Assembly (NCBI RefSeq): GCF_055900595.2
Contig: NZ_CM148325.1
Direction: 5' to 3' (one strand)
DNA: 64,000 nucleotides
The position numbers were made by a program, and so were the translations under genes. Each line of letters begins with the position of its first letter. Positions within the stretch are counted from its first letter, which is position 1. Positions 10,917 to 21,932 of the stretch are shown piece by piece. The notes beneath the pieces are model-generated. The model was not told the origin of the DNA. It made no database searches and saw only the letters and a list, made by a program, of their open reading frames with translations.

Positions 10917-13900
10917 CTATATCCGCCGCTGACGACGGCGAACAGGGCGAGGTCGTTTTGTTTTCTCCACCGTGGCGACGCCGGCCAGATAATCGGCCAG
11001 GGCAGCAGGAGAAGGGTGGGTGAAGAGGTCAAGCAACGTCAGGGTGGAAAATTCGTGACGTTGTAACAAAACGTGCAGTTGCACCAGATTCAGCGACGTT
11101 GCGCCCGCCTCAAAGAAGTTTTCTGCGGGCGTGACAGACTCGCCAACCACCTCGCGGAAGGCGTCGCAAATCAGGCTGACGGTGCTCTCGTCCGCCGCAA
11201 TGTGTGGCTGAGAGTGCTCAGGGCATACGCGCGGTGAGCGCTCTGCGCATTGCCCTGCGTGTTTAACGGGAGGCACCAGCGCGGCGAGCGGCAGTTGCCA
11301 GCCGCTTTCATCCTCGGCCATTCGGTTTAGCAATGCGCAATACTGTTCAAACTGGCGCTCCACCTGCCCGGCAGGAAACAGCGCGGCGACAAAATCCCAG
11401 TTAAAGCGCAGTTCGCCTTCGGATTCATAAATCTGGTGATCGAGCCAGACCTGCGGCGTCTGGGAGATGCCCCAGACCGGTTTGAGCAGATTACGCCGGG
11501 CGAGGAAGTTATCCTGCTCAAAGCCCAGTGCGCTGGTAAAGACGACGGGCATCGGAACGGCAGGCACGTTTTGCCGTTGCGCCAGTTGACGCATCACGCG
11601 GATGGCTGACACATCGCGGTGGTTGAGGTTCTGGCTCAGCCGCTGCTGTAGTGACTGCGCGCTGTGCAGCCAGCTTTCGCCGGGATGCCAGCTCAGCAGC
11701 ATCAGCGAGGTGAAATCGCCCAGAATCTGGTTGATTTGCGGGTGCAGCGGTCGCCTGTCGAAAAGCGTAAGGTTAAGCGTGAACTCAGGCTGTGCACTCC
11801 ATGCAGAGAGAACCGTTGACCACACCGACAACAGTACGGCCGACGGGGTGAGATGGGCGTCAGCCGCCCGTTTTTTCAGCCGATGCCAGCGCGTGCTGTC
11901 CAGTGCGCCGTTCAGGCGGGCGAAGCGCGGTGTTTCAACCTCCTGAGGCAAGCAGCGCAGCGGCAACGCAGGCGCCGGAGGAATATCATCAAGCTGCGCC
12001 TGCCACCATGCCAGAGAATCTGGATTGGGCGACTGTAGCGAGGGTTGTTGCAGATAATCCCTGAAGGTGACGGGCAGCGGCGGAAGCAGCTGTTGCGGGT
12101 AGCGGTAGCCGTGCTCCAGCTCCGCCAGCAGGATCTGCATGCTCAGACCGTCAAGCAACAGGTTATCCAGACACAGCCACAGGCGGGCAGGCATCCCGTC
12201 CACGTATCCGACCTGGAGATCGAATACCGGCCACACTTCGGGGTTGAGTACCTGATGCGCCAGTTTTTCGCGCACCCGCAACGCCTCTTCAGGCGTATGG
12301 AGGGTGTGTGCGGGTATCACCCAAGGGGGCGTCTGTTCGAGCACCTGTTGCTGTCCATCACGCACGATGGCGCGCAGCATATCGTGGCGGGCGATTAATC
12401 GGTTCCAGACCGTCTCCAGCCGGGTGAGGTCCAGATCGGCAATTTCAAATTCAACAAAGAAATGTGAGCCGACGCCGCCCAGGGCAAAGCCCGGCTGACG
12501 CCCCACCAGGTAAGCCTGCTGCACGTCGGTAAGCGCAAAGGGCTGGTAGCGATCTTCAGGGGAGTGGACGAATGGTTGTTCGACCGGGACGTCGGTTTTC
12601 CGCAGCGTGGCGGCAAAATCCGCCAGCCGGGGATGATTAAACAGGTCGCTTAATTGCGCTTCATAACCTGCCTGATGAAGTTGCCCGGTCAGACGGGTCG
12701 CCAGCAGGCTATCGCCGCCTTGCTGGAAGAAGTCGGTTTCTCTGGTGACATTGCCAGTTGATAAGAGTTGCTGCCAGAGGGCGGCAACCTGTTTTTCAAT
12801 GTCGCCCTGGGGTAAATCCGCTTCGGCCGGGTTTTCCGCTTCAGGGGTATGACGACGCTTCAGCGCCTGGTAGTCAATTTTCCCGTTAGCCGTCAGCGGT
12901 AAGGCGTCGAGGAATACGATCCGTTGCGGCACCATCCACCCCGGCAGACGCCCGGCGAGGGCGGCCTGAAGTTGACGGGGATCGCGGCGCACCTGCCTGT
13001 CAGGACATTGTACGAGGAAGCGTTGTAACCCCGCGACCTCATCGCCATGCTGACAGTTGAAGCCGGCCGCGCTAAATAATGCCGCCCAGTCGGCGCTGTT
13101 ATGCAGCAAGGCCTCCGGCTGCCCATTGGTTAACAGGAGCGTGCTGAGTAGGGCGGACGGCGTTAACTGGCGAAACTCCATCACGTAGAGCAGCGCGCCG
13201 GGAACGGCAAGCTGTTGTAATGTCGCAAGGAGCCCGGGATCTTCCGGCAGCAGACGATGCAGGGCGTTATTAAGCCAGATAATGTCCGCCGAGTGAGCGT
13301 GCGTCGCCAGCGTGTCTGCATTCCAGAGGGACAGACGGGCGCCAGGCCAGGGGGCGAGCCTCTGCCGGGCGCTCAGCAGCATCTCCTGGCTCTGCTCAAG
13401 CCCGACATACTCAATCTGTCCGGCGTTGAGCTGTGCTAACAGCGATTCTGCGGCGCGGCCAGTGCGGGTTCCCACCTCAAGCAGGCGTACCGGGCGCTGT
13501 AAGCGCTGTGCAAGCTGTTGGCAAATTGTCGCCAGTTCCTGAATATACGGGGCGCTGGCCGGATGGTTAAAGGCCAGGCTTTCCGGCGACCACTGCGCGT
13601 CGTTCAGTAACGACAGTTCGTTACGGGCACCGCGAAGAATTTGCGATAACGTTAAATCATGTCCGCTGAAGTGCGGGTGCTCATCCTCGCGTTCTTCACC
13701 AGCGCAGACCTGATAACCTTCAGCAGCGGGCTTCAGTCGCCGTTGTGTCACCAGAAATGCTAACCAGCGTTCCACCACGGCCTGCCAGCGCGGCTGGATA
13801 GCGAGTGAGTTCATCAGGGGGAGAGGATCGGCGCCAGCGGTGTGACCCGGCTTCAGTTTTAGCAGGCGATGCTGAAGGAAATCGGCTACCTGTTCTGCGG

Positions 13901-16900
13901 AGATCTCTGGCGAGATGGCGCAACAGGGCAACGTTCCCGCAAGCGTGTGCCACGCCTGCGGCAGTGCCGGGTTCCGATGATCGGTAACGCAAAAAGCCTC
14001 GCCCTGAGGAACAACGTATGCCGCCAGCGTTTTTTCTTTTTCGCCGATCGCCAGAACGGTTGCTTGTTTCACCCCCGCCAGCTGGCTGAGCGCGCTTTCG
14101 ATTTCGCCCAGCTCGATGCGATATCCTCCGACTTTGACCTGCTTGTCACGACGACCGAGGAACTCGATTGTGCCATCTGGCCAGTAGCAGCCGAGATCGC
14201 CGGTGCGATACCAGCGCTCGTCCGGGAGCGTCAAAAATTGCTGCTCGCTACGCAGGGGATCGTTGAAATAGCCTTCCGCGACCCCAATGCCGCCAATCCA
14301 TAATTCACCCGGCACCCAGTCAGGGCAGTCCCGGCCCTGTTCATCCACCACCCGGTAGCGTTGGTTGGTTAGCGGAAAACCGTAAGGGATGGAGCGCCAG
14401 TGGGCGGGGACGTCGTGAATTTCGCAGGCGTTAGACCAGATAGACGCCTCGGTGGCGCCGCCCATAGCGATAAATTGTCCTTGTGGCCGGAAGGCCCGAT
14501 AACGGGCGGGGAGGTCAAGCCCGATCCAGTCGCCGGAAAGCATCACTGCGCGCAGGTTTTCCGGCGTGGCGTTGGCGAAACCTTCACACCAGGTCAGCAG
14601 CATATCGAACAGCGCCGGGACGCTGTTCCAGAGCGTGACCTGATGGCGCTGGATCAGCTCACACCATGCGTGAGGATCGCGCCGTTGATTTTCCATCACC
14701 ATCACCAGCGCGCCGCCCGCGCGCAGTACGCCAAAAATGTCGTAAACCGATAAATCAAAATGTAGGGCGGAGAGGGCCAGCACCCTGTCATGCGGGCCAA
14801 CCTGATAGCGGGTATTGATATCGCAACAGGTGTTAAGCGCTCCCCGGTGAGAAATGACTACCCCTTTCGGCGTACCGGTAGAGCCGGAGGTGTAGATAAT
14901 GTAGGCCGGTTGCGTGGGGGCGCGTACTACCGGGTTGGCGATCGGCTCCGCCTCAATGGCCTGCTGCCAGGCAAGGACGGGAATATCGTCTGACCCGGCG
15001 CTGGCGTCGTGCTGACAAATGAGCACCAGCCGGACGCTGGCGTCAGCGTAGATTTTCTCGCGCCGTGCGGCAGGCTGATCCAGCGAAACCGGAACGTAAA
15101 CCGCCCCGGCCAGCAGGACGGCCAGAACCGCAACAAGTTGTCCTGCGCCTTTCGACATCGTGATAGCCACATTATCGCCGGGCTGAACCCCGCACTCGAT
15201 TAACCTGCCCGCGCAACGGCGGGCATAGTCTGTCAGCTCATGATAATTCCACTGATAACGCATGTCCGTTACCGCCAGCGCCTGCGGCTGTTGCAGAGCG
15301 ATACGGAAAATGCCTTCATGCAGCAAGCCTTCGGGAATGGGGGCGCCGGTGGCGTTGACCCGTTCGCGTATCGCGCGCTGGCTGGCGGGCATCATATCTG
15401 CGAACGGCTTTTGCCAGGCGCTTTCGTCATCGCAGAGTTGGTTAATCAACTGGCAGTAGGCGTCGAACAATGTTTCGACTAACGCCGGAGGGAACAGCGC
15501 GTCGTTGCTGTCCCATTGTAGCCAGACCTCGCCGTGATGCTCGAACGCCAGATGATCTATCCAGACCTGCGGCGTTTGCGAGATGCCCCATTCCGGCTCG
15601 CCCAACGGCGATTCTGCGCGGCTGCTGTAGAGGGAACGCCCCAGATTGCTGGTAAATACCACCGGGGCGCCGTGGGGGTAGCGCTGCTGGCGTTTGAGTT
15701 CACGGAGTAATTCGACGCCGGACCAGTGGCGATGCTCCCAGTCCTCCGTAAACGTGAGCTGGTTTTTACGCGCCAGGTTGCTGACGGTATCGCCATCGCA
15801 GGCGGTATCCAGCAGAAGAATATTGGTGAAGTCGGCAAGCATCGCGCCAACCGCCGGGTGCAGCGGCTGGCGGTCGAATAAGGTGATGTTAAGCAGCAGA
15901 CGCGTCAGGCCGCCCCAGCGAGCCAGCACGGCAGAAAAACAGGTCGCCAGTGCCATTGTCGGCGTCACGCCATACTCGCCGGCCCGGTTGCTAAAGGCGT
16001 GCCAGCGTGTTGCCGGGACAATCATGCGGCGTCGGGTATTACGGACTTCACGTAGCGTGGCGGGTTCGCAGGCCAGCGGCAAGACGGGCGCGGGGGGAAG
16101 CGTCGATGCTTTCGCCAGCCAGTAAGCGCGCGCGTCGTCTCTCAGTGGTTGATTGATCTTCTGCTGGTGCAGCAAATACGAGCGGAAATCATAGCGGGTG
16201 TCGATAGCCGGCAGTGATTCTCCGGCCAGCAGGGCGTTAAGCTCATCGAAGAAAAGCGTAAAGCTGGAGGCATCCATAATCAGCAGGTCAATATTGACAT
16301 GGAGGCGGTGGCGATTGTCCGGCAAGAGCGTCAGCTGAAAATCAAACGTTTCGCCGATTTCCACGCGTAAAAGACGGTGGCTCAGGCGCTGGCGCAGTGC
16401 GTCCAGATAGGCCTGGCGGCTTTCAGCGTCGTTATGGCGTAAATCATGAACGGTGACGCCGTTCCAGTAAGGTTGCGGTAGCCAGACCTGCTGCCCGTCG
16501 GGGCGAAAGGCGATATGCAGCATTGGGTGGCGTTGCAGCAAGGTCGTGATGGCCTGCTCCAGCTGCGACGCCGTCAGACAATGGCCTTCAAACTCCTGAT
16601 ACAGGTGGCAACCCACGCCGCCAAGCGTCTGCCCCGGCATGCGGCCCGTCAGGTAGGCGTGCTGTACTGGCGTCAATGGGAAGGGCGTACTTTCGGTCAT
16701 GTTCGGCCAGGATGATTCGTCGGGCGGCGTTTCTTCTTCCGCGTTCTCCGGCGACCGGCTGAGCATTAACTGGTTCCATGCCGCCAGCGTGGGGGCGGCA
16801 TACAGCTCGCGAAGGGTAAGGCGGTAGCCATTTTTACGAAACCAGTGTAACCATCTCATCAATCTTATGGAATCCAGGCCGGCCTGGATCAGGTTGCTCT

Positions 16901-17024
16901 CTTCATGTAACTGCTGCGGCGTTAAATTCAGTTCCTGTATGAGCCGCTCGCGTAATTGTTGGTAATCAGCCGCGTGGCGGTTGTCCGGTAACAGCGAATC
17001 CTGAGATGGTGCGCCAGAAATCAT
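10917..17024 (-). CDS. irp2: HMWP2 yersiniabactin NRPS (ArCP-Cy-A-PCP-Cy-PCP)
   Basis: ORF track starts at a GTG (17042); preferred start is ATG at 17024 preceded by AGGAGG. Adenylation motifs [12 protein letters not shown] and YRTGDLG, two cyclization motifs ([22 protein letters not shown]), carrier motifs [11 protein letters not shown] and [11 protein letters not shown]. Confidence 0.95.
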   Translation of the reverse strand: MISGAPSQDSLLPDNRHAADYQQLRERLIQELNLTPQQLHEESNLIQAGLDSIRLMRWLHWFRKNGYRLTLRELYAAPTLAAWNQLMLSRSPENAEEETPPDESSWPNMTESTPFPLTPVQHAYLTGRMPGQTLGGVGCHLYQEFEGHCLTASQLEQAITTLLQRHPMLHIAFRPDGQQVWLPQPYWNGVTVHDLRHNDAESRQAYLDALRQRLSHRLLRVEIGETFDFQLTLLPDNRHRLHVNIDLLIMDASSFTLFFDELNALLAGESLPAIDTRYDFRSYLLHQQKINQPLRDDARAYWLAKASTLPPAPVLPLACEPATLREVRNTRRRMIVPATRWHAFSNRAGEYGVTPTMALATCFSAVLARWGGLTRLLLNITLFDRQPLHPAVGAMLADFTNILLLDTACDGDTVSNLARKNQLTFTEDWEHRHWSGVELLRELKRQQRYPHGAPVVFTSNLGRSLYSSRAESPLGEPEWGISQTPQVWIDHLAFEHHGEVWLQWDSNDALFPPALVETLFDAYCQLINQLCDDESAWQKPFADMMPASQRAIRERVNATGAPIPEGLLHEGIFRIALQQPQALAVTDMRYQWNYHELTDYARRCAGRLIECGVQPGDNVAITMSKGAGQLVAVLAVLLAGAVYVPVSLDQPAARREKIYADASVRLVLICQHDASAGSDDIPVLAWQQAIEAEPIANPVVRAPTQPAYIIYTSGSTGTPKGVVISHRGALNTCCDINTRYQVGPHDRVLALSALHFDLSVYDIFGVLRAGGALVMVMENQRRDPHAWCELIQRHQVTLWNSVPALFDMLLTWCEGFANATPENLRAVMLSGDWIGLDLPARYRAFRPQGQFIAMGGATEASIWSNACEIHDVPAHWRSIPYGFPLTNQRYRVVDEQGRDCPDWVPGELWIGGIGVAEGYFNDPLRSEQQFLTLPDERWYRTGDLGCYWPDGTIEFLGRRDKQVKVGGYRIELGEIESALSQLAGVKQATVLAIGEKEKTLAAYVVPQGEAFCVTDHRNPALPQAWHTLAGTLPCCAISPEISAEQVADFLQHRLLKLKPGHTAGADPLPLMNSLAIQPRWQAVVERWLAFLVTQRRLKPAAEGYQVCAGEEREDEHPHFSGHDLTLSQILRGARNELSLLNDAQWSPESLAFNHPASAPYIQELATICQQLAQRLQRPVRLLEVGTRTGRAAESLLAQLNAGQIEYVGLEQSQEMLLSARQRLAPWPGARLSLWNADTLATHAHSADIIWLNNALHRLLPEDPGLLATLQQLAVPGALLYVMEFRQLTPSALLSTLLLTNGQPEALLHNSADWAALFSAAGFNCQHGDEVAGLQRFLVQCPDRQVRRDPRQLQAALAGRLPGWMVPQRIVFLDALPLTANGKIDYQALKRRHTPEAENPAEADLPQGDIEKQVAALWQQLLSTGNVTRETDFFQQGGDSLLATRLTGQLHQAGYEAQLSDLFNHPRLADFAATLRKTDVPVEQPFVHSPEDRYQPFALTDVQQAYLVGRQPGFALGGVGSHFFVEFEIADLDLTRLETVWNRLIARHDMLRAIVRDGQQQVLEQTPPWVIPAHTLHTPEEALRVREKLAHQVLNPEVWPVFDLQVGYVDGMPARLWLCLDNLLLDGLSMQILLAELEHGYRYPQQLLPPLPVTFRDYLQQPSLQSPNPDSLAWWQAQLDDIPPAPALPLRCLPQEVETPRFARLNGALDSTRWHRLKKRAADAHLTPSAVLLSVWSTVLSAWSAQPEFTLNLTLFDRRPLHPQINQILGDFTSLMLLSWHPGESWLHSAQSLQQRLSQNLNHRDVSAIRVMRQLAQRQNVPAVPMPVVFTSALGFEQDNFLARRNLLKPVWGISQTPQVWLDHQIYESEGELRFNWDFVAALFPAGQVERQFEQYCALLNRMAEDESGWQLPLAALVPPVKHAGQCAERSPRVCPEHSQPHIAADESTVSLICDAFREVVGESVTPAENFFEAGATSLNLVQLHVLLQRHEFSTLTLLDLFTHPSPAALADYLAGVATVEKTKRPRPVRRRQRRI

Positions 17025-17074
17025 TCTTCCTCCTGATGGCACGTCTTACCGAAAAGCATTACTCATATGAGAAT

Positions 17075-17135
17075 AATAATTATTAACAATTGGATGCTAC
17101 CCGAAACGGGTTTATTTATGCCCGTTTCGGGTTGG
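17075..17135 (-). promoter_or_regulatory. irp2 promoter region: Fur-box-like AT-rich site plus inverted repeat cccgaaacggg/cccgtttcggg (candidate YbtA repeat)
   Basis: gagaataataattattaac resembles the Fur consensus GATAATGATAATCATTATC; an 11-bp inverted repeat lies at 17101-17132; location just upstream of the irp2 start. Confidence 0.4.
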
Positions 17136-17149
17136 TAACAGGCGGAAAG

Positions 17150-17185
17150 AACAGAGGCCCGGATGAGGTATCCGGGCCTCTGTCA
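17150..17185 (-). terminator. Putative intrinsic terminator downstream of ybtA
   Basis: Inverted repeat gaggcccggat / atccgggcctc followed by a T-rich run on the minus strand, about 30 bp after the ybtA stop. Confidence 0.4.
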
Positions 17186-17214
17186 GGGAGGAGTTTAGGG
17201 GGGCGCGACCCCGG

Positions 17215-18174
17215 TTACATCCCGCGTTTAAAGGTCGAAGGAGTTACGCCAAACTGTTTCTGGAAGGCGGCAGAGAAATGGCTGGCGTTGGCATAGCCCA
17301 GATCGGCCGCCACCGTCATGACGGAGGTATTGCCGTTGGCCAGGCGTCTTCTGGCTTCCTGCATTCGTTCAGCCTGAAACAGGCCATAGACGCTGTTGTT
17401 GAACAGAACGCGGAAGCCTCGCTTAATTTTGAGAACGCTCAGACCGGACTCTCTGGCCAGCTCCGCGACGCCCGGCGCTTGCGTCAGATCAGCCAGCAGC
17501 AGATCCTTCGCCCGCAGCAGTTTCTGGCGTTCCATCGGGTTGAAGTGGCAGGAGAGGCAACTGGCGTCTTCGCGATGTTCATCCAGCACCAGGCTGAGCA
17601 TGACCAGACTTTGCCCCTGCAACCATAGCGTCGACGGCTTTTGTTCATGACTGAATCCGCCGTGCATGCGCATCAGCGCGTGACGCAAGGCCTGAGCCGT
17701 TAAGTGGGTTTCAGCATTACAACGCTGCTGCTGGCAACAGCAGTGGGAGTCGATCTTATTCTTAATGACCGCGCTAATATCCGGCACCCACAGCGCGAGG
17801 GTTTCAGGGCTGAAGGAGAGGGTAATGCTCTCGAATCGGCCACAATAGGAGGCGCTGCCGCGACAGTCTGGCGTATGGGTAATGTAATGGCGATTGCGCG
17901 CAAGCTCCCAGTCGGTGTGGCGCCGGAGTCCCTGAATCGCAAAGCGCGATGTGCCTTCCAGGATGCACGAGAAGTTAATCCTGCCCAGATCGTCGTGTAG
18001 CTGCAACGTCTCTGGCCGCGCAAAATGGCCCCTCCAGAGCAAAATATCCATACCTTCCTGCAACGAACAGCGCAGCAGTTCACACTGAGCAGGAATATTG
18101 CCATCGTTTGCAGGTTTCCCGACCACCAACTGGTGAATAGAGATTTCAGATTGCGTTTGCGGTGACTCCGTCAT
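17215..18174 (-). CDS. ybtA: AraC-family transcriptional activator of yersiniabactin genes
   Basis: 319-aa ORF with a C-terminal AraC-type HTH; sits between irp2 and the divergent ybtPQXS operon as in the HPI. Confidence 0.9.
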   Translation of the reverse strand: MTESPQTQSEISIHQLVVGKPANDGNIPAQCELLRCSLQEGMDILLWRGHFARPETLQLHDDLGRINFSCILEGTSRFAIQGLRRHTDWELARNRHYITHTPDCRGSASYCGRFESITLSFSPETLALWVPDISAVIKNKIDSHCCCQQQRCNAETHLTAQALRHALMRMHGGFSHEQKPSTLWLQGQSLVMLSLVLDEHREDASCLSCHFNPMERQKLLRAKDLLLADLTQAPGVAELARESGLSVLKIKRGFRVLFNNSVYGLFQAERMQEARRRLANGNTSVMTVAADLGYANASHFSAAFQKQFGVTPSTFKRGM

Positions 18175-18240
18175 GACCTGGTTATCTCCCTGTGGCTTAG
18201 ACCAATGCGGGTATAAATAGAACCGAATGGGGTAGATGAG

Positions 18241-18262
18241 TTATTGATAATGGTTATTATTC
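18241..18262. promoter_or_regulatory. Fur-box-like site in the divergent ybtA / ybtP promoter region
   Basis: ttattgataatggttattattc matches the Fur consensus well; lies in the ybtA-ybtP intergenic region. Confidence 0.45.
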
Positions 18263-18340
18263 ACATTAATTCTCAGAACGCCACCCTGAATTGTCGTTTT
18301 TGGCGTCCGTAAAAATTCATCAGGAAATTCAGTTACTCCC

Positions 18341-20143
18341 ATGTCATCTCAATCATCCAATACTGAATCGCTGTCCCGATTTCCTCTCTGGCAGGTGATT
18401 ACACCGGTTCGCAGGAAGGTTATTTTAGCTATGGCGCTGGCGGGGCTGGCGGCATTAACCAGCCTGGGGGCGCTCCTTTTTCTGGCGTGGAGCCTGCGTG
18501 ACATTCGCGCGACGCCTGACGCTATTCCGGCCTGGCCGCTGGGCGGCGTGATCGGCTGCGTGGTCTTAACTTTTGTTCTGCGCTTACAGGCGTTCAACAC
18601 CTCTCATTACGCGGCTTTTCATCTGGAGAACATTCTGCGCAGCAGGTTAGCCCGTAAAGCATTGCAGCTTCCGCCTGGCGTGTTACAGCAAATGGGCAGC
18701 GGGTCAGTGGCGAAAGTGATGCTGGATGACGTGAAGTCGTTACATATTTTTGTGGCCGACAGCACGCCGCTCTATGCCCGCGCGATCATCATGCCGCTGG
18801 CGACAATCGTTATCTTGTTCTGGCTGGACTGGCGGCTGGCAATCGCGACGCTGGGGGTACTGGCGTTTGGATCGGTTGTTCTCGTGCTCGCCCGCCAGCG
18901 TTCGGAAAATATGGCTCAGCGTTATCATAAGGCGCGCGAGCAGGTTAGCGCGGCGGTTATTGAGTTCGTGCAGGCCATGCCCGTGGTGAGAACGTTTGAT
19001 AGCGGCAGCACCAGTTTTTTGCGCTATCAACGCGCCCTTGAAGAGTGGGTCGATGTGCTCAAAACCTGGTATCGCAAAGCCGGTTTTTCAGCGCGTTTTT
19101 CCTTCTCGATTCTGAATCCTCTCCCGACCCTGTTTGTCCTGATCTGGTCGGGATACGGCCTGTTGCACTATGGCAGTTTCGATTTTATCGCGTGGGTGGC
19201 CGTTTTACTGCTGGGCAGCGGAATGGCCGAAGCCGTAATGCCAATGATGATGCTCAATAACCTGGTCGCGCAAACGCGTTTAAGCATTCAGCGTATTTAT
19301 CAGGTTCTCGCGATGCCGGAGTTACCGCTGCCGCAGTCTGACCAGCAGCCGCAAGAGGCGAGCATTACCTTTGAGCAGGTGAGCTTTCATTATCCGCAAG
19401 CGCGTACTGGCGCCGCGTTGCAGGAGGTGAGCTTTCATGTGCCTGCCGGGCAAATTGTGGCGCTGGTCGGGCCAAGCGGCGCCGGAAAAAGCACCGTGGC
19501 GCGCTTGCTGCTGCGTTACGCCGACCCGGACAAAGGCCATATCCGTATTGGCGGCGTGGATCTGCGTGATATGCAGACGGACACCCTGATGAAGCAACTC
19601 TCGTTTGTGTTTCAGGACAACTTCCTTTTTGCCGACACGATAGCCAATAACATTCGTCTGGGCGCGCCGGATACGCCGCTGGAGGCGGTTATAGCGGCGG
19701 CCAGAGTGGCGCAGGCCCATGATTTTATTAGCGCTCTGCCAGAAGGTTACAACACTCGAGTCGGGGAACGTGGGGTATTTCTCTCCGGCGGCCAGCGGCA
19801 GCGCATTACTATCGCCCGGGCGCTTTTGCAGGATCGCCCCATCCTGGTGCTCGATGAGGCGACGGCGTTTGCTGACCCGGAAAACGAAGCGGCGCTTATC
19901 AAGGCGCTCGCGGCGGCCATGCGTGGCCGGACGGTCATCATGGTCGCGCATCGTCTCTCAATGGTGACTCAGGCCGATGTGATATTGCTGTTTTCCGACG
20001 GACAACTCAGGGAAATGGGGAACCATACGCAACTGTTGGCGCAGGGCGGCCTGTATCAACGGCTCTGGCAACACTATCAGCAGGCGCAGCATTGGGTGCC
20101 GGGTGGAACACAGGAAGAGGTGGTGGAAAATGAAAGACAATAA
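18341..20143 (+). CDS. ybtP: Yersiniabactin ABC transporter, fused permease/ATPase
   Basis: 600-aa ORF with N-terminal TM domain, Walker A GPSGAGKST, ABC signature LSGGQRQR and Walker B ILVLDEAT. Confidence 0.9.
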   Translation: MSSQSSNTESLSRFPLWQVITPVRRKVILAMALAGLAALTSLGALLFLAWSLRDIRATPDAIPAWPLGGVIGCVVLTFVLRLQAFNTSHYAAFHLENILRSRLARKALQLPPGVLQQMGSGSVAKVMLDDVKSLHIFVADSTPLYARAIIMPLATIVILFWLDWRLAIATLGVLAFGSVVLVLARQRSENMAQRYHKAREQVSAAVIEFVQAMPVVRTFDSGSTSFLRYQRALEEWVDVLKTWYRKAGFSARFSFSILNPLPTLFVLIWSGYGLLHYGSFDFIAWVAVLLLGSGMAEAVMPMMMLNNLVAQTRLSIQRIYQVLAMPELPLPQSDQQPQEASITFEQVSFHYPQARTGAALQEVSFHVPAGQIVALVGPSGAGKSTVARLLLRYADPDKGHIRIGGVDLRDMQTDTLMKQLSFVFQDNFLFADTIANNIRLGAPDTPLEAVIAAARVAQAHDFISALPEGYNTRVGERGVFLSGGQRQRITIARALLQDRPILVLDEATAFADPENEAALIKALAAAMRGRTVIMVAHRLSMVTQADVILLFSDGQLREMGNHTQLLAQGGLYQRLWQHYQQAQHWVPGGTQEEVVENERQ

Positions 20144-21932
20144 TCCTGCGGATAACCTGGCCTGGCGCGTCATCTGGCGCCAGCTTATCTCCAGCGTTGG
20201 CAGTCAGGCCAGGATGCTGCGACGCAGTATGCTGGCGCTGTTGCTGGCGGCATTCATGCAGGGGATCGCCTTTGCCTGTCTTTATCCGATCATTGACGCG
20301 CTGTTACGGGGAGACGCGCCGCAACTTCTTAACTGGGCTATGGCCTTCAGCGTCGCCGCAATTGTGACGCTGGTGCTACGCTGGTATGGCCTGGGCTTTG
20401 AATACCGTGGTCATCTGGCGCAGGCTACCCATGAGTTGCGCCTGCGACTTGGCGAGCAGTTACGCCGCGTGCCGCTGGAGAAGCTCCAGCGCGGCAGGGC
20501 GGGTGAAATGAACGCCTTGCTGCTGGGCAGCGTGGATGAAAACCTCAATTATGTTATTGCGATAGCCAATATTTTGCTGCTCACCATTGTCACGCCGCTG
20601 ACGGCGTCGCTGGCGACATTGTGGATAGACTGGCGGCTGGGGCTGGTGATGTTGCTGATCTTCCCTCTGCTGGTGCCGTTTTATTACTGGCGCCGCCCGG
20701 CGATGCGGCGACAAATGCAGACGCTGGGGGAAGCGCACCAGCGTCTGAGCGGCGATATCGTTGAATTTGCTCAGGGGATGATGGTATTGCGCACCTGCGG
20801 CAGCGATGCCGATAAAAGCCGGGCGCTGCTGGCGCATTTCAATGCGCTGGAAAACTTACAGACCCGCACTCACCGTCAGGGCGCTGGCGCAACGATGCTG
20901 ATCGCCAGCGTCGTGGAGTTGGGCCTACAGGTGGTGGTGTTATCCGGGATCGTCTGGGTAGTGACGGGCACTCTGAACCTCGCCTTTTTGATTGCCGCCG
21001 TCGCGATGATTATGCGCTTCGCAGAACCGATGGCGATGTTTATCAGCTACACCTCGGTTGTGGAACTGATCGCCAGCGCCCTGCAACGGATTGAGCAGTT
21101 TATGGCGATAGCACCGCTTCCCGTCGCAGAGCAAAGCGAGATGCCGGAACGTTACGATATCCGCTTTGACAACGTCAGCTATCGCTACGAAGAAGGTGAC
21201 GGCCACGCGCTTAATCATGTTTCTTTGACGTTCCCGGCAGCCAGTATGAGCGCGCTGGTGGGTGCCTCCGGCGCAGGCAAAACTACGGTCACCAAACTGT
21301 TAATGCGCTATGCCGATCCGCAGCAAGGGCAGATTTCTATTGGCGGCGTCGATATTCGCCGCCTGACGCCGGAACAGCTCAATAGCCTGATTTCTGTTGT
21401 TTTCCAGGATGTCTGGCTGTTTGATGACACGCTGCTGGCGAATATCCGTATCGCGCGCCCACAGGCGACGCGGCAGGAGGTAGAAGAGGCCGCCCGCGCG
21501 GCGCAGTGCCTTGAGTTTATTTCCCGTCTTCCGCAAGGCTGGCTGACGCCAATGGGAGAGATGGGCGGCCAGCTATCGGGCGGCGAGCGCCAGCGGATTT
21601 CCATTGCCAGAGCGTTATTGAAAAACGCGCCGGTCGTCATTCTCGATGAACCGACTGCCGCGCTGGATATTGAAAGCGAGCTGGCGGTGCAAAAAGCGAT
21701 CGATAACCTGGTTCACAACCGGACGGTGATTATCATCGCTCACCGTTTATCCACCATCGCCGGGGCCGGAAACATTCTGGTGATGGAAGAGGGACAGGTG
21801 GTTGAGCAGGGTACTCATGCGCAATTGCTCTCACATCATGGACGTTATCAGGCGCTGTGGCAGGCGCAAATGGCCGCGCGCGTGTGGCGCGACGACGGGG
21901 GTTCCGCGTCTGGAGAGTGGGTGCATGAGTGA
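20130..21932 (+). CDS. ybtQ: Yersiniabactin ABC transporter, fused permease/ATPase
   Basis: Likely start MKDNNPADN at 20130, overlapping the ybtP stop; Walker A GASGAGKTT, signature LSGGERQR. Confidence 0.9.
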   Translation: MKDNNPADNLAWRVIWRQLISSVGSQARMLRRSMLALLLAAFMQGIAFACLYPIIDALLRGDAPQLLNWAMAFSVAAIVTLVLRWYGLGFEYRGHLAQATHELRLRLGEQLRRVPLEKLQRGRAGEMNALLLGSVDENLNYVIAIANILLLTIVTPLTASLATLWIDWRLGLVMLLIFPLLVPFYYWRRPAMRRQMQTLGEAHQRLSGDIVEFAQGMMVLRTCGSDADKSRALLAHFNALENLQTRTHRQGAGATMLIASVVELGLQVVVLSGIVWVVTGTLNLAFLIAAVAMIMRFAEPMAMFISYTSVVELIASALQRIEQFMAIAPLPVAEQSEMPERYDIRFDNVSYRYEEGDGHALNHVSLTFPAASMSALVGASGAGKTTVTKLLMRYADPQQGQISIGGVDIRRLTPEQLNSLISVVFQDVWLFDDTLLANIRIARPQATRQEVEEAARAAQCLEFISRLPQGWLTPMGEMGGQLSGGERQRISIARALLKNAPVVILDEPTAALDIESELAVQKAIDNLVHNRTVIIIAHRLSTIAGAGNILVMEEGQVVEQGTHAQLLSHHGRYQALWQAQMAARVWRDDGGSASGEWVHE

